NCBI GenBank assembly: GCA_964568885.1
Contig: CAZMSF010000001.1
Coordinates: forward strand, 5,217 to 69,216
Source: an uncultured Gammaproteobacteria bacterium
GTDB lineage: Bacteria; Patescibacteriota; Microgenomatia; Levybacterales; GWA1-39-11
DNA length: 64,000 nucleotides
Direction: 5' to 3'
The notes beneath the pieces were generated by a model, which had not been told where the DNA came from, searched no databases, and saw only the letters and a program-made list of their open reading frames with translations. Positions 9,731 to 19,542 of the stretch are shown here, piece by piece. Each line of letters begins with the position of its first letter. Position 1 is the first letter of the stretch. The position numbers and the translations under genes are program-made.

Positions 9731-10733
9731 TATGTTTCACTCTACCCGCCTCAAATTAACAGCCTGGTACCTCCTTCTCATAATGCTCATCAGCTTTATT
9801 TTTAGCGTTGTAATTTTTGTAGACGTCAATCGCGAGCTTGTGAGATTTGAACATTACCAGGAATTGCGCCAGACACGCATAAGGGAACAATTTGGTGAAG
9901 AGCAAGTGCCCGCTGAAACGAACCCTTTTGACGAACAGCTAGTATATGAAGCAAGAAGCAGGCTCATTGCAAGCCTTATCGTTCTTAATATCTGTATTTT
10001 AGCCGGAGCTGGAGTTGCAGGATATTTTCTTGCCGGGCGCACACTGGACCCGATAAAAAGAGCCGTTGAGGATCAAGCACGCTTCATCGGAGATGCTTCG
10101 CACGAATTAAAAACTCCACTCACTACCCTCCGGTCGGAAATCGAAGTGTATCTAATGGGAAAAAAGCGGACGCTTGCCGAGTCGGATGCGATACTTAAAA
10201 GCAATCTCGAAGAAGTAATCCGTCTCCAAGGTTTGACAGACAACCTCATGCGACTTGCCACTCTTGAGAGCCCGGAAATAAGTTTTGAGAAAATTGAACT
10301 GGTGAATGTCCTTAGCAGCGCAATCAAAAGCGTTCAAGCCGTCGCCCGCGAAAAGAACATTACAATACAAAATAAATCGACAAGGTTAAACGTTGTCGGG
10401 AACTCGAAAAGCCTTACTCAACTTTTTACCATTCTTCTTGATAATGCGATTAAATACAGCACAAACAATACCAAAATTACCATCCGTTCGAGTGTTTATG
10501 GAGGGGTTGCGACAATTAAAGTCGTTGACCAGGGCATAGGAATAGCAGAAAGTGAGCTTGAAAAGATTTTTGACCGTTTTTACCGAGTAGACAAAAGCAG
10601 AAACTCTTCCGATGTACCGGGATACGGATTGGGGCTCTCTATCGCAAGGGAAATTGTCGTGATGCATAGCGGAGCAATTTCTTGTGTTTCCTCAAAAAAA
10701 GGTTCAACCTTTATTGTTGAGTTGCCTGTGTAG
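9708..10733 (+). CDS. Sensor histidine kinase (two TM, short extracytoplasmic loop)
   Basis: H-box HELKTPLTTL, N/G boxes (DQGIGI, GYGLGLSI); overlaps the response regulator gene. Confidence 0.8.
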   Translation: MGIKYRTNMFHSTRLKLTAWYLLLIMLISFIFSVVIFVDVNRELVRFEHYQELRQTRIREQFGEEQVPAETNPFDEQLVYEARSRLIASLIVLNICILAGAGVAGYFLAGRTLDPIKRAVEDQARFIGDASHELKTPLTTLRSEIEVYLMGKKRTLAESDAILKSNLEEVIRLQGLTDNLMRLATLESPEISFEKIELVNVLSSAIKSVQAVAREKNITIQNKSTRLNVVGNSKSLTQLFTILLDNAIKYSTNNTKITIRSSVYGGVATIKVVDQGIGIAESELEKIFDRFYRVDKSRNSSDVPGYGLGLSIAREIVVMHSGAISCVSSKKGSTFIVELPV

Positions 10734-10771
10734 TTGTAGTATTCAGTCTATTTTCAGCTGGTGCGAATAGA

Positions 10772-12097
10772 ATGCGTAAAAAAGATAGTATGGGTGTATA
10801 CATTCCAAAATTTATAAAAAAATTGCCATTCAAAGCGAAATTGATAGGTTCAATTGCGATAATTTTATTGGCTCTTTTTGCTGTATCAAATTTGAGCAAA
10901 AAGCAGTCATCCTTTTCGTACCAAACGGTGCAGGTTCTACGGGAAAGCATTATAGAAAGCGTTACCGAGAGCGGTAACGTAACGTCCAATAGTCAAACAA
11001 ATATCGGGTCTCCGACAAATGGTGTCATTTCAGAGGTTTTTGTAAGAAACGGGGACGAAGTTTCGGCAGGTCAACAACTTTTTAGTGTCCGTTCGACAGC
11101 AACTCCTCAAGAGCAGGCACAAGCGTATGCCAATTATTTATCCGCCCAGAATTCGTTGAATTCGGCGACCGCAAAACTCAACTCCCTCCAGTCTGCTCTT
11201 TTTAAAGCAAACCAGGCATTCATCAACGACCGCGGAGTTCAAAATCCTTCAGACCAGCAAAAAACTGACCCTAAGTACATTGAAGAGAATGCCGATTGGC
11301 TGCAAGCTGAGGCCGATTACAAAAATCAGCAAGGGGTTATTGCTGCCGCTCAGGCAAGCCATAACAGCGCTTCCCTTGCATATGCGGCAACACAAGATTC
11401 AACGGTGACTGCTCCGATATCAGGAACGGTCGCAAATTTCTCTCTTGAGGCAGGAAGCAATGTTACTGCAACGGGCACGACCTACAACAACAGCAACTCC
11501 TCGGCAAATTCCACCAGCCAGGGTACTCAGGTACTGGTTTTGGGTAATTTTTCTCAGCTTTCGATTAAAGCACCTATTAACGAAGTTGATATCTCAAAAA
11601 TTAAGACGGGGCAAAAGGCAACTGTGACGTTTGATGCATTTCCCGACCAAACGTTCGTCGGAAAGGTGACAAGCATTGACACTATTGGAGCAAACTCATC
11701 GGGTGTCGTCACATTCAATGCATATATTTCCCTCATTCTTCCCCCTGCCACAATCAGGCCGGGGATGAGTGCTACGGCCGTAATACAAATTGCCAGGCAT
11801 GACAATGTATTGTCCGTTCCAGCAGCTGCAATTCAGACCACAAACGGAACATCGACAGTGCAACGTATGAGGAATGGAAATATTGAGGTTGTTGAAGTTG
11901 AAACCGGTATCTCATCGGATACAAATACCGAAATTCTTTCAGGCATCTCGGAGGGAGATACCATCATAATAGGTTCGCAGTCTACGACGGCCCAAGGAGC
12001 AGCTTCCCCCTTCAGTGGACTCAATAGGGGTTTTGGAGGGTTTGGGGGTGGAGGAAATCTGAGAGTTGTCGGCGGCGGTACAAGGCAAGGACGGTAA
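10772..12097 (+). CDS. HlyD/MacA-type periplasmic adaptor (membrane fusion protein), Gly-rich C-terminus
   Basis: N-terminal TM, coiled-coil region, TAPISGTV lipoyl-like and beta-barrel segments. Confidence 0.7.
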   Translation: MRKKDSMGVYIPKFIKKLPFKAKLIGSIAIILLALFAVSNLSKKQSSFSYQTVQVLRESIIESVTESGNVTSNSQTNIGSPTNGVISEVFVRNGDEVSAGQQLFSVRSTATPQEQAQAYANYLSAQNSLNSATAKLNSLQSALFKANQAFINDRGVQNPSDQQKTDPKYIEENADWLQAEADYKNQQGVIAAAQASHNSASLAYAATQDSTVTAPISGTVANFSLEAGSNVTATGTTYNNSNSSANSTSQGTQVLVLGNFSQLSIKAPINEVDISKIKTGQKATVTFDAFPDQTFVGKVTSIDTIGANSSGVVTFNAYISLILPPATIRPGMSATAVIQIARHDNVLSVPAAAIQTTNGTSTVQRMRNGNIEVVEVETGISSDTNTEILSGISEGDTIIIGSQSTTAQGAASPFSGLNRGFGGFGGGGNLRVVGGGTRQGR

Positions 12098-12803
12098 TAT
12101 GGGCACCTCAACAATTATTAAGGTGAATCACCTCAATAAGCAGTACACTCTTGGAGATATTACAACCCGCGCATTAAGCGATGTCTCATTTGAAATAAAA
12201 AAGGGGGAATTCGTTGCAATTATGGGTCCATCGGGAAGCGGCAAATCTACTCTCATGCATATTCTGGGTGCGCTCGATATTCCCACATCCGGCAGCTATC
12301 TTTTGGACGGAAAGAATGTGGGACAACTCTCCGATGACGAGCTTTCCGAAATAAGGAACAAAAAAATTGGTTTTGTTTTTCAGGCCTTCAATCTTCTTCA
12401 AAGGACAACCGCTATAAAAAATGTCATGTTGCCCATGAGATACGCCGGTGTTCCATTGGAAGAACGGTACGAACGGGCAAAGAAATTCCTCTCAATGGTC
12501 GGACTTGCGGAACGGATGGAACACACCACCAACCAACTTTCGGGGGGGCAACAACAAAGGGTTGCAATTGCAAGAGGAATTTCCATGAACCCTGCTCTCC
12601 TTTTGGCGGACGAGCCGACAGGGAACATCGCATCAAGTCAAGCAGACGAGATAATGTCGATTTTTCGGAAACTCAATCAAAAAGAGGGACATACTATAGT
12701 AATGATTACCCATGAGGGTGATATTGCGGCACACGCGGGCCGAATAATCACGATAAAGGACGGAAAGATAATATCAGATGTAAAGAATAAAAAACCGCGA
12801 TGA
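12066..12803 (+). CDS. ABC transporter ATP-binding protein, MacB/LolD type
   Basis: Walker [23 protein letters not shown] signature, Walker B LLADEPTG. Confidence 0.85.
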   Translation: MSAAVQGKDGNMGTSTIIKVNHLNKQYTLGDITTRALSDVSFEIKKGEFVAIMGPSGSGKSTLMHILGALDIPTSGSYLLDGKNVGQLSDDELSEIRNKKIGFVFQAFNLLQRTTAIKNVMLPMRYAGVPLEERYERAKKFLSMVGLAERMEHTTNQLSGGQQQRVAIARGISMNPALLLADEPTGNIASSQADEIMSIFRKLNQKEGHTIVMITHEGDIAAHAGRIITIKDGKIISDVKNKKPR

Positions 12804-14035
12804 AAATGACGAATGAAACGTTTGAGCTTTTGTCCGAAAGTTTTTCTACCCTGACAATCAATAAGATGCGCACGGGGCTTGCTATCCTTGGCATTGTAAT
12901 AGGCATAGGAAGTGTAATTGTACTTATCTCTCTGGGACAAGCAACGCAGCAGCAGGTTCAAAATCAAATACAGTCCCTTGGTGCAAATCTTTTGACGGTT
13001 AATCCCGGCTCTCAAAATTCGGGCGGAGTACGCGGGGCAGCGGGGGCAGCAACAACATTGACGAATGAGGACGCAAAAGCCATTCGGACCTCCCCCAATA
13101 TCACTGCAGTACAAACCGTTTCGCCCGAGATACAAAGAAGAGAACAGATTACCGCCGGACGGACCAATTCAAATATCCAAATCATCGGTGTTACCGATTC
13201 TTACACTGCAGTTCACAAATTAAGTATGGATACCGGTACATTTGTTACCGAAAATGACAACGTGTCGTTAGGAAAGGTAATTGTTCTTGGTCCGCAAGTT
13301 GCAACGGACTTATTCGGAGAGACGGCTGGCGCCGTCGGACAAACAGTAAGAATCAATGGGATTCCGTTCCGGGTCATTGGAGTGACAAAAAGCAAAGGCG
13401 GCTCCGGTTTTTTTAACCAGGACGATATCGGATTCATTCCCCTATCAACTGCCCAAAAAATTGTATTCGGGCAAGACAACCTTAGCTCAATTGCTCTCGA
13501 AGCAAAATCGTCTGAGGTTATGACTGATGCCCAAAACCAAGTCGGATATCTTCTTTTGTCCCGGCATAAGCTACAAAGTCCGCAAGATGCCGATTTTTCA
13601 ATTTTTTCCCAAGCAGATATTCTCAGCACTGCTTCTCAGGCAACCGGAACTTTCACAACTTTTCTGGCAGGAATTGCCGCAATTTCGCTTCTTGTCGGAG
13701 GAATTGGAATTATGAACATCATGCTTGTTACAGTTACCGAAAGGACGCGTGAGATTGGACTTCGAAAAGCATTAGGTGCCAAGAAAAAGACAATTGTAAC
13801 TCAGTTTCTCATTGAGTCGATTTTCCTGACATTCACCGGTGGCGTCATTGGAATCGCACTTGGAATTCTTATTTCTTATGGATATTCGGCAGCTACAGCT
13901 TCCTTGTTTGTGATATCACCCTACTCAATTCTTCTCGCATTTGTCGTTTCGGGCGGTATTGGAATCCTATTTGGTTGGTACCCGGCAAGAAAGGCTGCGA
14001 ATTTACAACCTATTGAAGCGCTGAGATATGAATAA
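12800..14035 (+). CDS. ABC transporter permease, MacB/FtsX type
   Basis: N-terminal TM, large periplasmic domain, C-terminal 3-TM FtsX domain; overlaps the ATPase gene. Confidence 0.8.
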   Translation: MKMTNETFELLSESFSTLTINKMRTGLAILGIVIGIGSVIVLISLGQATQQQVQNQIQSLGANLLTVNPGSQNSGGVRGAAGAATTLTNEDAKAIRTSPNITAVQTVSPEIQRREQITAGRTNSNIQIIGVTDSYTAVHKLSMDTGTFVTENDNVSLGKVIVLGPQVATDLFGETAGAVGQTVRINGIPFRVIGVTKSKGGSGFFNQDDIGFIPLSTAQKIVFGQDNLSSIALEAKSSEVMTDAQNQVGYLLLSRHKLQSPQDADFSIFSQADILSTASQATGTFTTFLAGIAAISLLVGGIGIMNIMLVTVTERTREIGLRKALGAKKKTIVTQFLIESIFLTFTGGVIGIALGILISYGYSAATASLFVISPYSILLAFVVSGGIGILFGWYPARKAANLQPIEALRYE

Positions 14036-14097
14036 GTATTGTAAGCTTAATTTAAGGTACCTAAATTATAGTTCCATTCATAAAGGAGGTGAAATTT

Positions 14098-14565
14098 ATG
14101 GCAAATGAAAAAAATAATTCAAACAAGAATTTACTGATTACTATAGTCATTGTAGTGATTGTTGCAGCCGGAGCATTCTACGGTGGTATGCTGTATCAAA
14201 AGACACAAGCAAGGACAACATTTGGACAATTCGCACGGGAGGGAAGGTTCGGACAGAACCAAACCGGCATGATGAGGAATGGTGCGAACCGGGGATTCGG
14301 GGGTGCTGTAGTTGGCGATATCGTTTCAATTGACAATGATAGTCTTACCGTCAAACTTCAGGATGGAAGTAGTAAGATCGTCAATTTATCTCAATCAACA
14401 ACGTATAGCAAGACCGAAACGGGTTCGAAAACCGACCTTAAAAGCGGAACAAAAGTTGCGGCAATTGGAACTTCAAATTCGGACGGTTCAGTAACGGCGC
14501 AGAACATACAAATTAATCCTGCGTTTAGGATGATGGGAAGACCAAGCGTTACTCCGGCCAAGTAG
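14098..14565 (+). CDS. Secreted hypothetical protein (DUF5666-like beta-rich domain)
   Basis: Strong SD AAAGGAGGTGA before ATG at 14098; TM/signal then S/T-rich beta-strand repeats. Confidence 0.4.
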   Translation: MANEKNNSNKNLLITIVIVVIVAAGAFYGGMLYQKTQARTTFGQFAREGRFGQNQTGMMRNGANRGFGGAVVGDIVSIDNDSLTVKLQDGSSKIVNLSQSTTYSKTETGSKTDLKSGTKVAAIGTSNSDGSVTAQNIQINPAFRMMGRPSVTPAK

Positions 14566-14607
14566 AATTTGTTGACGGACGGCCGAGCACTGTGAGAAGC
14601 TTACAGT

Positions 14608-14946
14608 ATGGAGCAATTATACTGCAAAGTATGCAAAGCCATTATTCTTCCTGCGTATAATTACTGTCCGAGCTGTGGAGTGAAACTAAAGGACACCGAA
14701 TTAACCATTACTCTTTCAAAACAGATTGGAGTGTATTTGTTAAGCTTTTTTCTCCCTCCTTTAGGGTTGTGGCCGGGATTCAAATATCTGAGAAAAGGGA
14801 ACGAGCATGCAAAACACGTCGGACTTATCGCAATTTTCTTAACAATTTTAGGAATAATTATCTCTTTATGGGCTTTCTTTGGTATTATTCACTCGGTCAA
14901 TAACACCCTCAATCAACAAATCAACTTAAAACAACTCGGTTATTAG
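14608..14946 (+). CDS. Zinc-ribbon membrane protein (hypothetical)
   Basis: CKVC...CPSC N-terminal ribbon followed by two TM helices. Confidence 0.4.
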   Translation: MEQLYCKVCKAIILPAYNYCPSCGVKLKDTELTITLSKQIGVYLLSFFLPPLGLWPGFKYLRKGNEHAKHVGLIAIFLTILGIIISLWAFFGIIHSVNNTLNQQINLKQLGY

Positions 14947-15202
14947 CAGCAATCAGTTCTTTCTTTTCTTCGCGTGTTAGTTGTTTTAACGAATATTCAC
15001 GTTTTAAGGCTCTAGATGCACCTTTCACTTTTTCAAAATACACAAGAAAAACCGGTCGTCTTGAACGGGTATATTTGGCTCCGCCGTTGATAAGTCCGTT
15101 ATGCGCACTTAACCGCATGGGTATGTTTTTTGTTTTACCGATGTAAAATGTATTGTCCGAGCATTCCAGAATATAGACGTAGAAATGCGAATCATTTACC
15201 AT
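14921..15202 (-). CDS. GIY-YIG nuclease family protein (UPF0213/YhbQ-like)
   Basis: FYVYILECSDNTFYIGKT...R...E...N motif set of the GIY-YIG domain. Confidence 0.75.
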   Translation of the reverse strand: MVNDSHFYVYILECSDNTFYIGKTKNIPMRLSAHNGLINGGAKYTRSRRPVFLVYFEKVKGASRALKREYSLKQLTREEKKELIAANNRVVLS

Positions 15203-15276
15203 TTGCTATTTTTTCCTTACAATACAACTATTATTAAGTCTCTTTTAAGCTATTTCATTTAAACTACATACAGTAT

Positions 15277-15786
15277 ATGAGAAAGTATCTTCAAATAACA
15301 ATTGTCTTGGGAGCCTTTTTTTTGCTTGTTTTTGCCAAAAATTTAAAGGGAAGCGACGATGAGGTAAAAATTGTCGGCAACAAGCAAGTTCTTCCTTCCC
15401 CAACTCAGGAGACATCTCCGCCTGCTACGCCAAATCCGCAAGAAACAGGTGCTCCGATAATAGCAACTGCTACTCCGCTACCCACCGTGAAAGTTGCGGG
15501 AAAATACAAAGACGGAACATACGACGGAACCATCGAGGACGCATTTTACGGAAATCTACAAGTACAGGCCGTCATTAAAGACGGGAAACTAGCCGACGTA
15601 TTGCCTCTTTTATATCCAAATGATAATAGAACCTCAATTTCTATAAATACCCAGGCAATCCCTATGCTACGAGATGAAGCTGTAAAAGCCCAAAGTGCGC
15701 AGGTTGATATTATAAGCGGAGCATCAGACTCAAGCCCCGCTTTTTCGCGTTCTCTAGCGTCTGCCTTAAAGAAGGCTCAAAACTAA
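15277..15786 (+). CDS. Secreted FMN-binding domain protein (flavinylation substrate), P/T-rich linker
   Basis: Signal peptide; C-terminal FMN_bind-like region with DIISGASDSS ([S/T]GA[S/T] flavinylation motif). Confidence 0.6.
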   Translation: MRKYLQITIVLGAFFLLVFAKNLKGSDDEVKIVGNKQVLPSPTQETSPPATPNPQETGAPIIATATPLPTVKVAGKYKDGTYDGTIEDAFYGNLQVQAVIKDGKLADVLPLLYPNDNRTSISINTQAIPMLRDEAVKAQSAQVDIISGASDSSPAFSRSLASALKKAQN

Positions 15787-15790
15787 CACT

Positions 15791-16528
15791 ATGAAGATTA
15801 CCGAAGGAATTATGGGCATGAGTGTCGCAATTGAAGTTCTTGATACAACTGTTAAGAGCACGGACATTGATGAAGTGCTTGACTATTTCCATTCTATCGA
15901 TGAAACCTTCAGTACATATAAAAAAACCAGCGAAATCTCACGCATAAACAAAAAACTTCTAAAGCTCGAAGACGCAAGCCCGGAGGTTAAGAAAGTGTTG
16001 AAATTGTGCGATGAAACAAAACTTATGACGAAGGGGTATTTCGATATTTCAGTTGAGGGGATTATCGACCCTTCCGGGCTTGTAAAGGGGTATGCTATAT
16101 CTGAGGGGTCAAAACTATTGATAAAAAAAGGGTATAAAAATTTTTATGTTGAGATAGGGGGCGATATTGATATCCGTGGCCTTAAAAATGGCATGAAATG
16201 GAAAGTAGGGATAAGAAATCCGCTCAAAACGTTCGAAAACGCGAGGGTTCTTTATCTCAGCGACAGAGGGATTGCAACCTCCGGAACCTACGAACGCGGT
16301 ATGCATATCTACAATCCGATAAAGAAAAAGCTTGCCAACGAGTTATCAAGCGTGACCGTGGTTGCAAATAACGTTTATGAAGCAGATAGGTTCGCAACTG
16401 CAGTGTATGCGATGGGCGAAAAGGGAATTGACTTTTTGGAAGAAAAAGAAGATCTGGAAGGATATGCCATTACAAAAGACGGTAAAGAGCTTGTTACGAG
16501 CGGTTTTACGGCGTATCTTTCTCCCTAA
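15791..16528 (+). CDS. apbE: FAD:protein FMN transferase ApbE
   Basis: ApbE family blocks (GYFDISVEG...GLVKGYA..., GGDIDIRG, SGTYERG). Confidence 0.75.
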   Translation: MKITEGIMGMSVAIEVLDTTVKSTDIDEVLDYFHSIDETFSTYKKTSEISRINKKLLKLEDASPEVKKVLKLCDETKLMTKGYFDISVEGIIDPSGLVKGYAISEGSKLLIKKGYKNFYVEIGGDIDIRGLKNGMKWKVGIRNPLKTFENARVLYLSDRGIATSGTYERGMHIYNPIKKKLANELSSVTVVANNVYEADRFATAVYAMGEKGIDFLEEKEDLEGYAITKDGKELVTSGFTAYLSP

Positions 16529-16531
16529 ATT

Positions 16532-18055
16532 ATGATTATAGACAAACTTCTTAATAAGATTACTATGTACAGGTTGACCCTGTACTACCTGATTGCGCTC
16601 GTAATTTACGCTATGATTACGGGTTTTTTCGGACTTACATTATATGGTTCCGTCGACATTTTACTTTCTTCAGTCATCGTTCTGTCTGTATGCTTCATCT
16701 CGAACTGGATTTTTGCAAAACTTTTTAAGGCGGTAACGAATGTCGAAAGTGTCTTTATTACCGCTCTTATTATCATTCTTATTTTTCCGATGAAGTTCCC
16801 TCACCAAGCCGTCGGTCTTATCGGCGTGTCACTTCTTGCGATGGGGTCAAAGTATCTTCTCACTGTTGAAAAAAGACACCTTTTCAATCCTGCTGCGGTT
16901 GGGGTTGCAATGATGTCGCTTCTCTCGGCCGAGCATTCGGCAACATGGTGGGTTGGAACGCCTCTTCTTATTGTTCCTACCCTCATCGGTGGGTTGCTTA
17001 TAGTACGAAAGGTACAACGGATGCGGATGGCAGTGGTGTTTTTGGTTACTTACTTTGTGTTTGCAGCGGGAGCTGCCCTTCTTCATTCAAACCCCATATT
17101 ATCCCTGTGGCAAAGAGGCGCGTTTTCATCAGCGCTTTTCTTCTTTACTTTCGTGATGCTTACAGAACCGCTTACCTCCCCTTCTACAAAAAAAATGCGA
17201 ACTTGGTATGCAATTATCGTCGCTGCATTATATTCAACCCCAATAGTACGACTCGGTGGTCTCGTTTTTACACCCGAAATGGCGCTTGTGGTCGGGAACA
17301 TATTCTCATACGTAGTCAATCCGAAGTATAGACTCGAACTTCCATTGATAAAGAAAACTCAATTGTCGCCGGATACGTTTCTTTTCGACTTTGGTCTGGT
17401 GAAAGGGTTCAAATTCTTGCCCGGTCAATACATGGAATGGACCTTGCCTCACTCAAATGCCGACAGCAGAGGAAACCGTAGATACTTCAGCCTGGCGAAC
17501 TCTCCCCATGAAGGCATCTCAATCGCGGTCAAATTCTATTCACCTTCAAGCACTTATAAAAGAGCTTTACTTTCTCTTCAGCCGGGACAAAAAATTGTTT
17601 CATCAAGCCTTTCCGGTGATTTTGTAATGCCCACCACAAGAAATACCCCATTGGTCTTTATAGCAGGAGGTGTCGGAATCGCACCATTTCGAAGTATCAT
17701 TGAGGACATCGTTGAAAAGAAAGAACAAGTCAATATCACCGTACTTTTTGCAAACAAAAGGAAAGAAGACATCCTGTTTCTTGACACCTTGGAAAAAGCC
17801 CGAGCATTTGGAGTAAACACTTTCTATATACTTACCGACAAAACTGCAATTCCTGCGGGTTGGCAAGGCATCTCAGGACATGTTACGCCGGAAATAGTAA
17901 AAACTTCTATTCCCGACTACATCAAGCGGAAGTTTTATGTTTCGGGACCTCAATTGATGGTACAAAACTTTGAGAAAATTCTCTTATCAACCGGTGTTTT
18001 AAAGAAAAACATCAAAGTTGATTTCTTTCCCGGTTATCAGGAAACCTCTGCCTAG
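16532..18055 (+). CDS. Membrane oxidoreductase: RnfD/NqrB-like polytopic N-domain fused to an FNR-like FAD/NAD(P)-binding domain
   Basis: HLFNPAAVG (NqrB/RnfD-like) in 8-TM region; C-terminal RYFSLANSP (RxYS FAD site) and GGVGIAPF NAD(P) site. Confidence 0.55.
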   Translation: MIIDKLLNKITMYRLTLYYLIALVIYAMITGFFGLTLYGSVDILLSSVIVLSVCFISNWIFAKLFKAVTNVESVFITALIIILIFPMKFPHQAVGLIGVSLLAMGSKYLLTVEKRHLFNPAAVGVAMMSLLSAEHSATWWVGTPLLIVPTLIGGLLIVRKVQRMRMAVVFLVTYFVFAAGAALLHSNPILSLWQRGAFSSALFFFTFVMLTEPLTSPSTKKMRTWYAIIVAALYSTPIVRLGGLVFTPEMALVVGNIFSYVVNPKYRLELPLIKKTQLSPDTFLFDFGLVKGFKFLPGQYMEWTLPHSNADSRGNRRYFSLANSPHEGISIAVKFYSPSSTYKRALLSLQPGQKIVSSSLSGDFVMPTTRNTPLVFIAGGVGIAPFRSIIEDIVEKKEQVNITVLFANKRKEDILFLDTLEKARAFGVNTFYILTDKTAIPAGWQGISGHVTPEIVKTSIPDYIKRKFYVSGPQLMVQNFEKILLSTGVLKKNIKVDFFPGYQETSA

Positions 18056-18111
18056 GTTGATTTTGTCCTCAAAATGTGCTATAGTATATTCAATATTCCT
18101 ACATTTTCTCC

Positions 18112-18396
18112 ATGGCTACACAGCAAGAACCTAAACATTCAAACCCTTGTACCCGGTGCGGAAAAGAGCGCATTGAGGGCAAAAAATGGAAAGAGGAAAT
18201 AGCTACTTTTTTCGGGACCTCAACTATCATCCATACCGAGACAGTTTGCCCGGACAAGGAATGTCAAAAAATTGTCGAGCAAAAGCTTGAGGCTCTCAAG
18301 CAAAAATCCGATGAATTGAAAGAGGAAAAACAGAAAAAACTTGACGTTCTTGCTAATGCGCGGAAGCTGAAAGCCGCTCAAAACCTCAAAAATTAA
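18112..18396 (+). CDS. Small Cys-containing hypothetical protein (possible zinc ribbon)
   Basis: CTRCGK...CPDKEC spacing; K/E-rich C-terminal helix. Confidence 0.35.
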   Translation: MATQQEPKHSNPCTRCGKERIEGKKWKEEIATFFGTSTIIHTETVCPDKECQKIVEQKLEALKQKSDELKEEKQKKLDVLANARKLKAAQNLKN

Positions 18397-19508
18397 ACTA
18401 CTTTTCTTTTTGTAGAGGCATGTAAATGCACTAAAAGCTCATAAGGTATTACCCCTGCAATTTTTGACGCATTTTCAATAGTGTTACGGTCATTCGTATC
18501 AGATGAATACACGGTGACCACATCGTCTTCACGAAGATTGGAAACGGCAGTGACATCTATTGTGGTTATATTCATGCTCACTCTCCCTACAATCGGGCAT
18601 AATATTCCCTTCACCTTAACAAACCCCTTATTGGAAAGCTTTCTTTCTACACCGTCATTATATCCTGCCGGCAGAATTGCAAGACTAATCTTTTTTTGTG
18701 CTTTGTATGTAAAATTGTAACCAACGCACTCCCCTTTTTTTATGGTTTTAATTTGTGCAATTCGTGTTTTAAATTCAAGCACCGGTTTTAGAAAGGTGTT
18801 TTTGAACGAAGGGTCTATTCCATAAAGAGATATTCCTGCCCTGGCCACATTTCCCAGATTTGAAAGTCCGCCACTTTTCAAAATTCCAGAGGAATTTGCT
18901 ATATGTACATACTCCGGAGAAAAACTTTTTTTTATCACGGCTACCGCTTGCCCAAACCGTTCATTTTGATCTTGCGTCAGTTTTTTTGTAGGATTTTCAG
19001 ATTCGGCAAAGTGAGACATTATACCCTCAAGATATATACCCGATTTTTTTATATCCGAAAGAATATCTCCTAATTCCTCAAACAAAAAACCTTCCCTGTG
19101 CATTCCCGTATCGATAAACAAATGAATTTTGCTTTTCGGCTGATACTCTTTTAGAGCGCGCAGTTGTTTCTTGGTATAGAGCGCGAAAGAAAATGGCAAG
19201 TGCTTTGTATGAAGACTTTCCGGGCTTACGTATCCCATGACAAGAATCGGGGTCGAAATATTTGCCTTGTAAAGCTCGTAGGCCTCATATAGGCTGTCTA
19301 CGCAAAAAAATGGGGGATCAAGTGCGTCCAGAACGGACGCAATTTGAGTAAGCCCGTGTCCGTACCCATTGCTTTTTAAAACCGGGGCAATCTTGAGCCC
19401 AAAGGAATTGAGATAATTGTAGTTTGAAATCAGCCTTTTTTTTGAGATTTCCAGAATGTTTAACGGTTTGTAATTTCTGGTTAAAAGATTTTCGATTTGC
19501 TCTAACAT
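18393..19508 (-). CDS. alr: Alanine racemase
   Basis: PLP-lysine motif APVLKSNGYGHG and conserved C-terminal beta domain. Confidence 0.85.
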   Translation of the reverse strand: MLEQIENLLTRNYKPLNILEISKKRLISNYNYLNSFGLKIAPVLKSNGYGHGLTQIASVLDALDPPFFCVDSLYEAYELYKANISTPILVMGYVSPESLHTKHLPFSFALYTKKQLRALKEYQPKSKIHLFIDTGMHREGFLFEELGDILSDIKKSGIYLEGIMSHFAESENPTKKLTQDQNERFGQAVAVIKKSFSPEYVHIANSSGILKSGGLSNLGNVARAGISLYGIDPSFKNTFLKPVLEFKTRIAQIKTIKKGECVGYNFTYKAQKKISLAILPAGYNDGVERKLSNKGFVKVKGILCPIVGRVSMNITTIDVTAVSNLREDDVVTVYSSDTNDRNTIENASKIAGVIPYELLVHLHASTKRKVV

Positions 19509-19542
19509 AAAGCGTCTTATTATATTCCATTTTACAAATTGT

